DNA of 64,000 nucleotides from assembly GCA_035221665.1 (NCBI GenBank), contig CM069145.1, positions 14,942,001 through 15,006,000 of the forward strand, written 5' to 3'. The notes under the pieces are model-generated. The model was not told the DNA's origin and did not search any database. It saw nothing but the letters and a program-made list of their open reading frames with translations. Source of the stretch: Okamejei kenojei (Eukaryota). Both the position numbers and the translations under genes were made by a program. Within the stretch, counting starts at the first letter, position 1, and each line of letters opens with the position of its first letter. This document shows, in pieces, positions 63,976 to 64,000 of this stretch.

Positions 63976-64000
63976 TTAGGAGGCCAATTGCAGATGCTGG

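Overview
This is eukaryotic, repeat-dense DNA, most likely intronic or intergenic sequence from a cartilaginous fish (skate/ray inferred from HE1-type V-SINEs and HER1/CR1 LINEs; not proven). I recognise no host gene, rRNA, tRNA gene or CRISPR array, and nearly all ORFs in the track are transposon fragments or chance ORFs. Retroelements: about 13 HE1-like SINEs, many CR1/HER1, Rex1/Babar, RTE and Penelope fragments, a decayed DIRS element with both termini and its internal complementary region, a young RTE-X/Proto2-like LINE and an internally deleted Hero-like element. DNA elements: at least 12 PIF/Harbinger-type MITEs, one hAT MITE and a nested Helitron complex carrying minisatellites. Highlights: (1) a ~137-bp Vingi/Ingi-like retroposon whose first 54 nt fold into a complete HDV-like ribozyme; (2) two composite Harbinger MITEs that each carry a copy of the Penelope-derived repeat they are inserted into, at the same target base; (3) TSD-flanked fold-back Penelope mini-elements with hammerhead-like cores; (4) a MITE that copied 116 bp of its own flank; (5) a Helitron inserted 4 nt inside another Helitron's 5' end. 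All boundaries were read by eye; those of old repeats are approximate and family names need checking against Repbase/Dfam.
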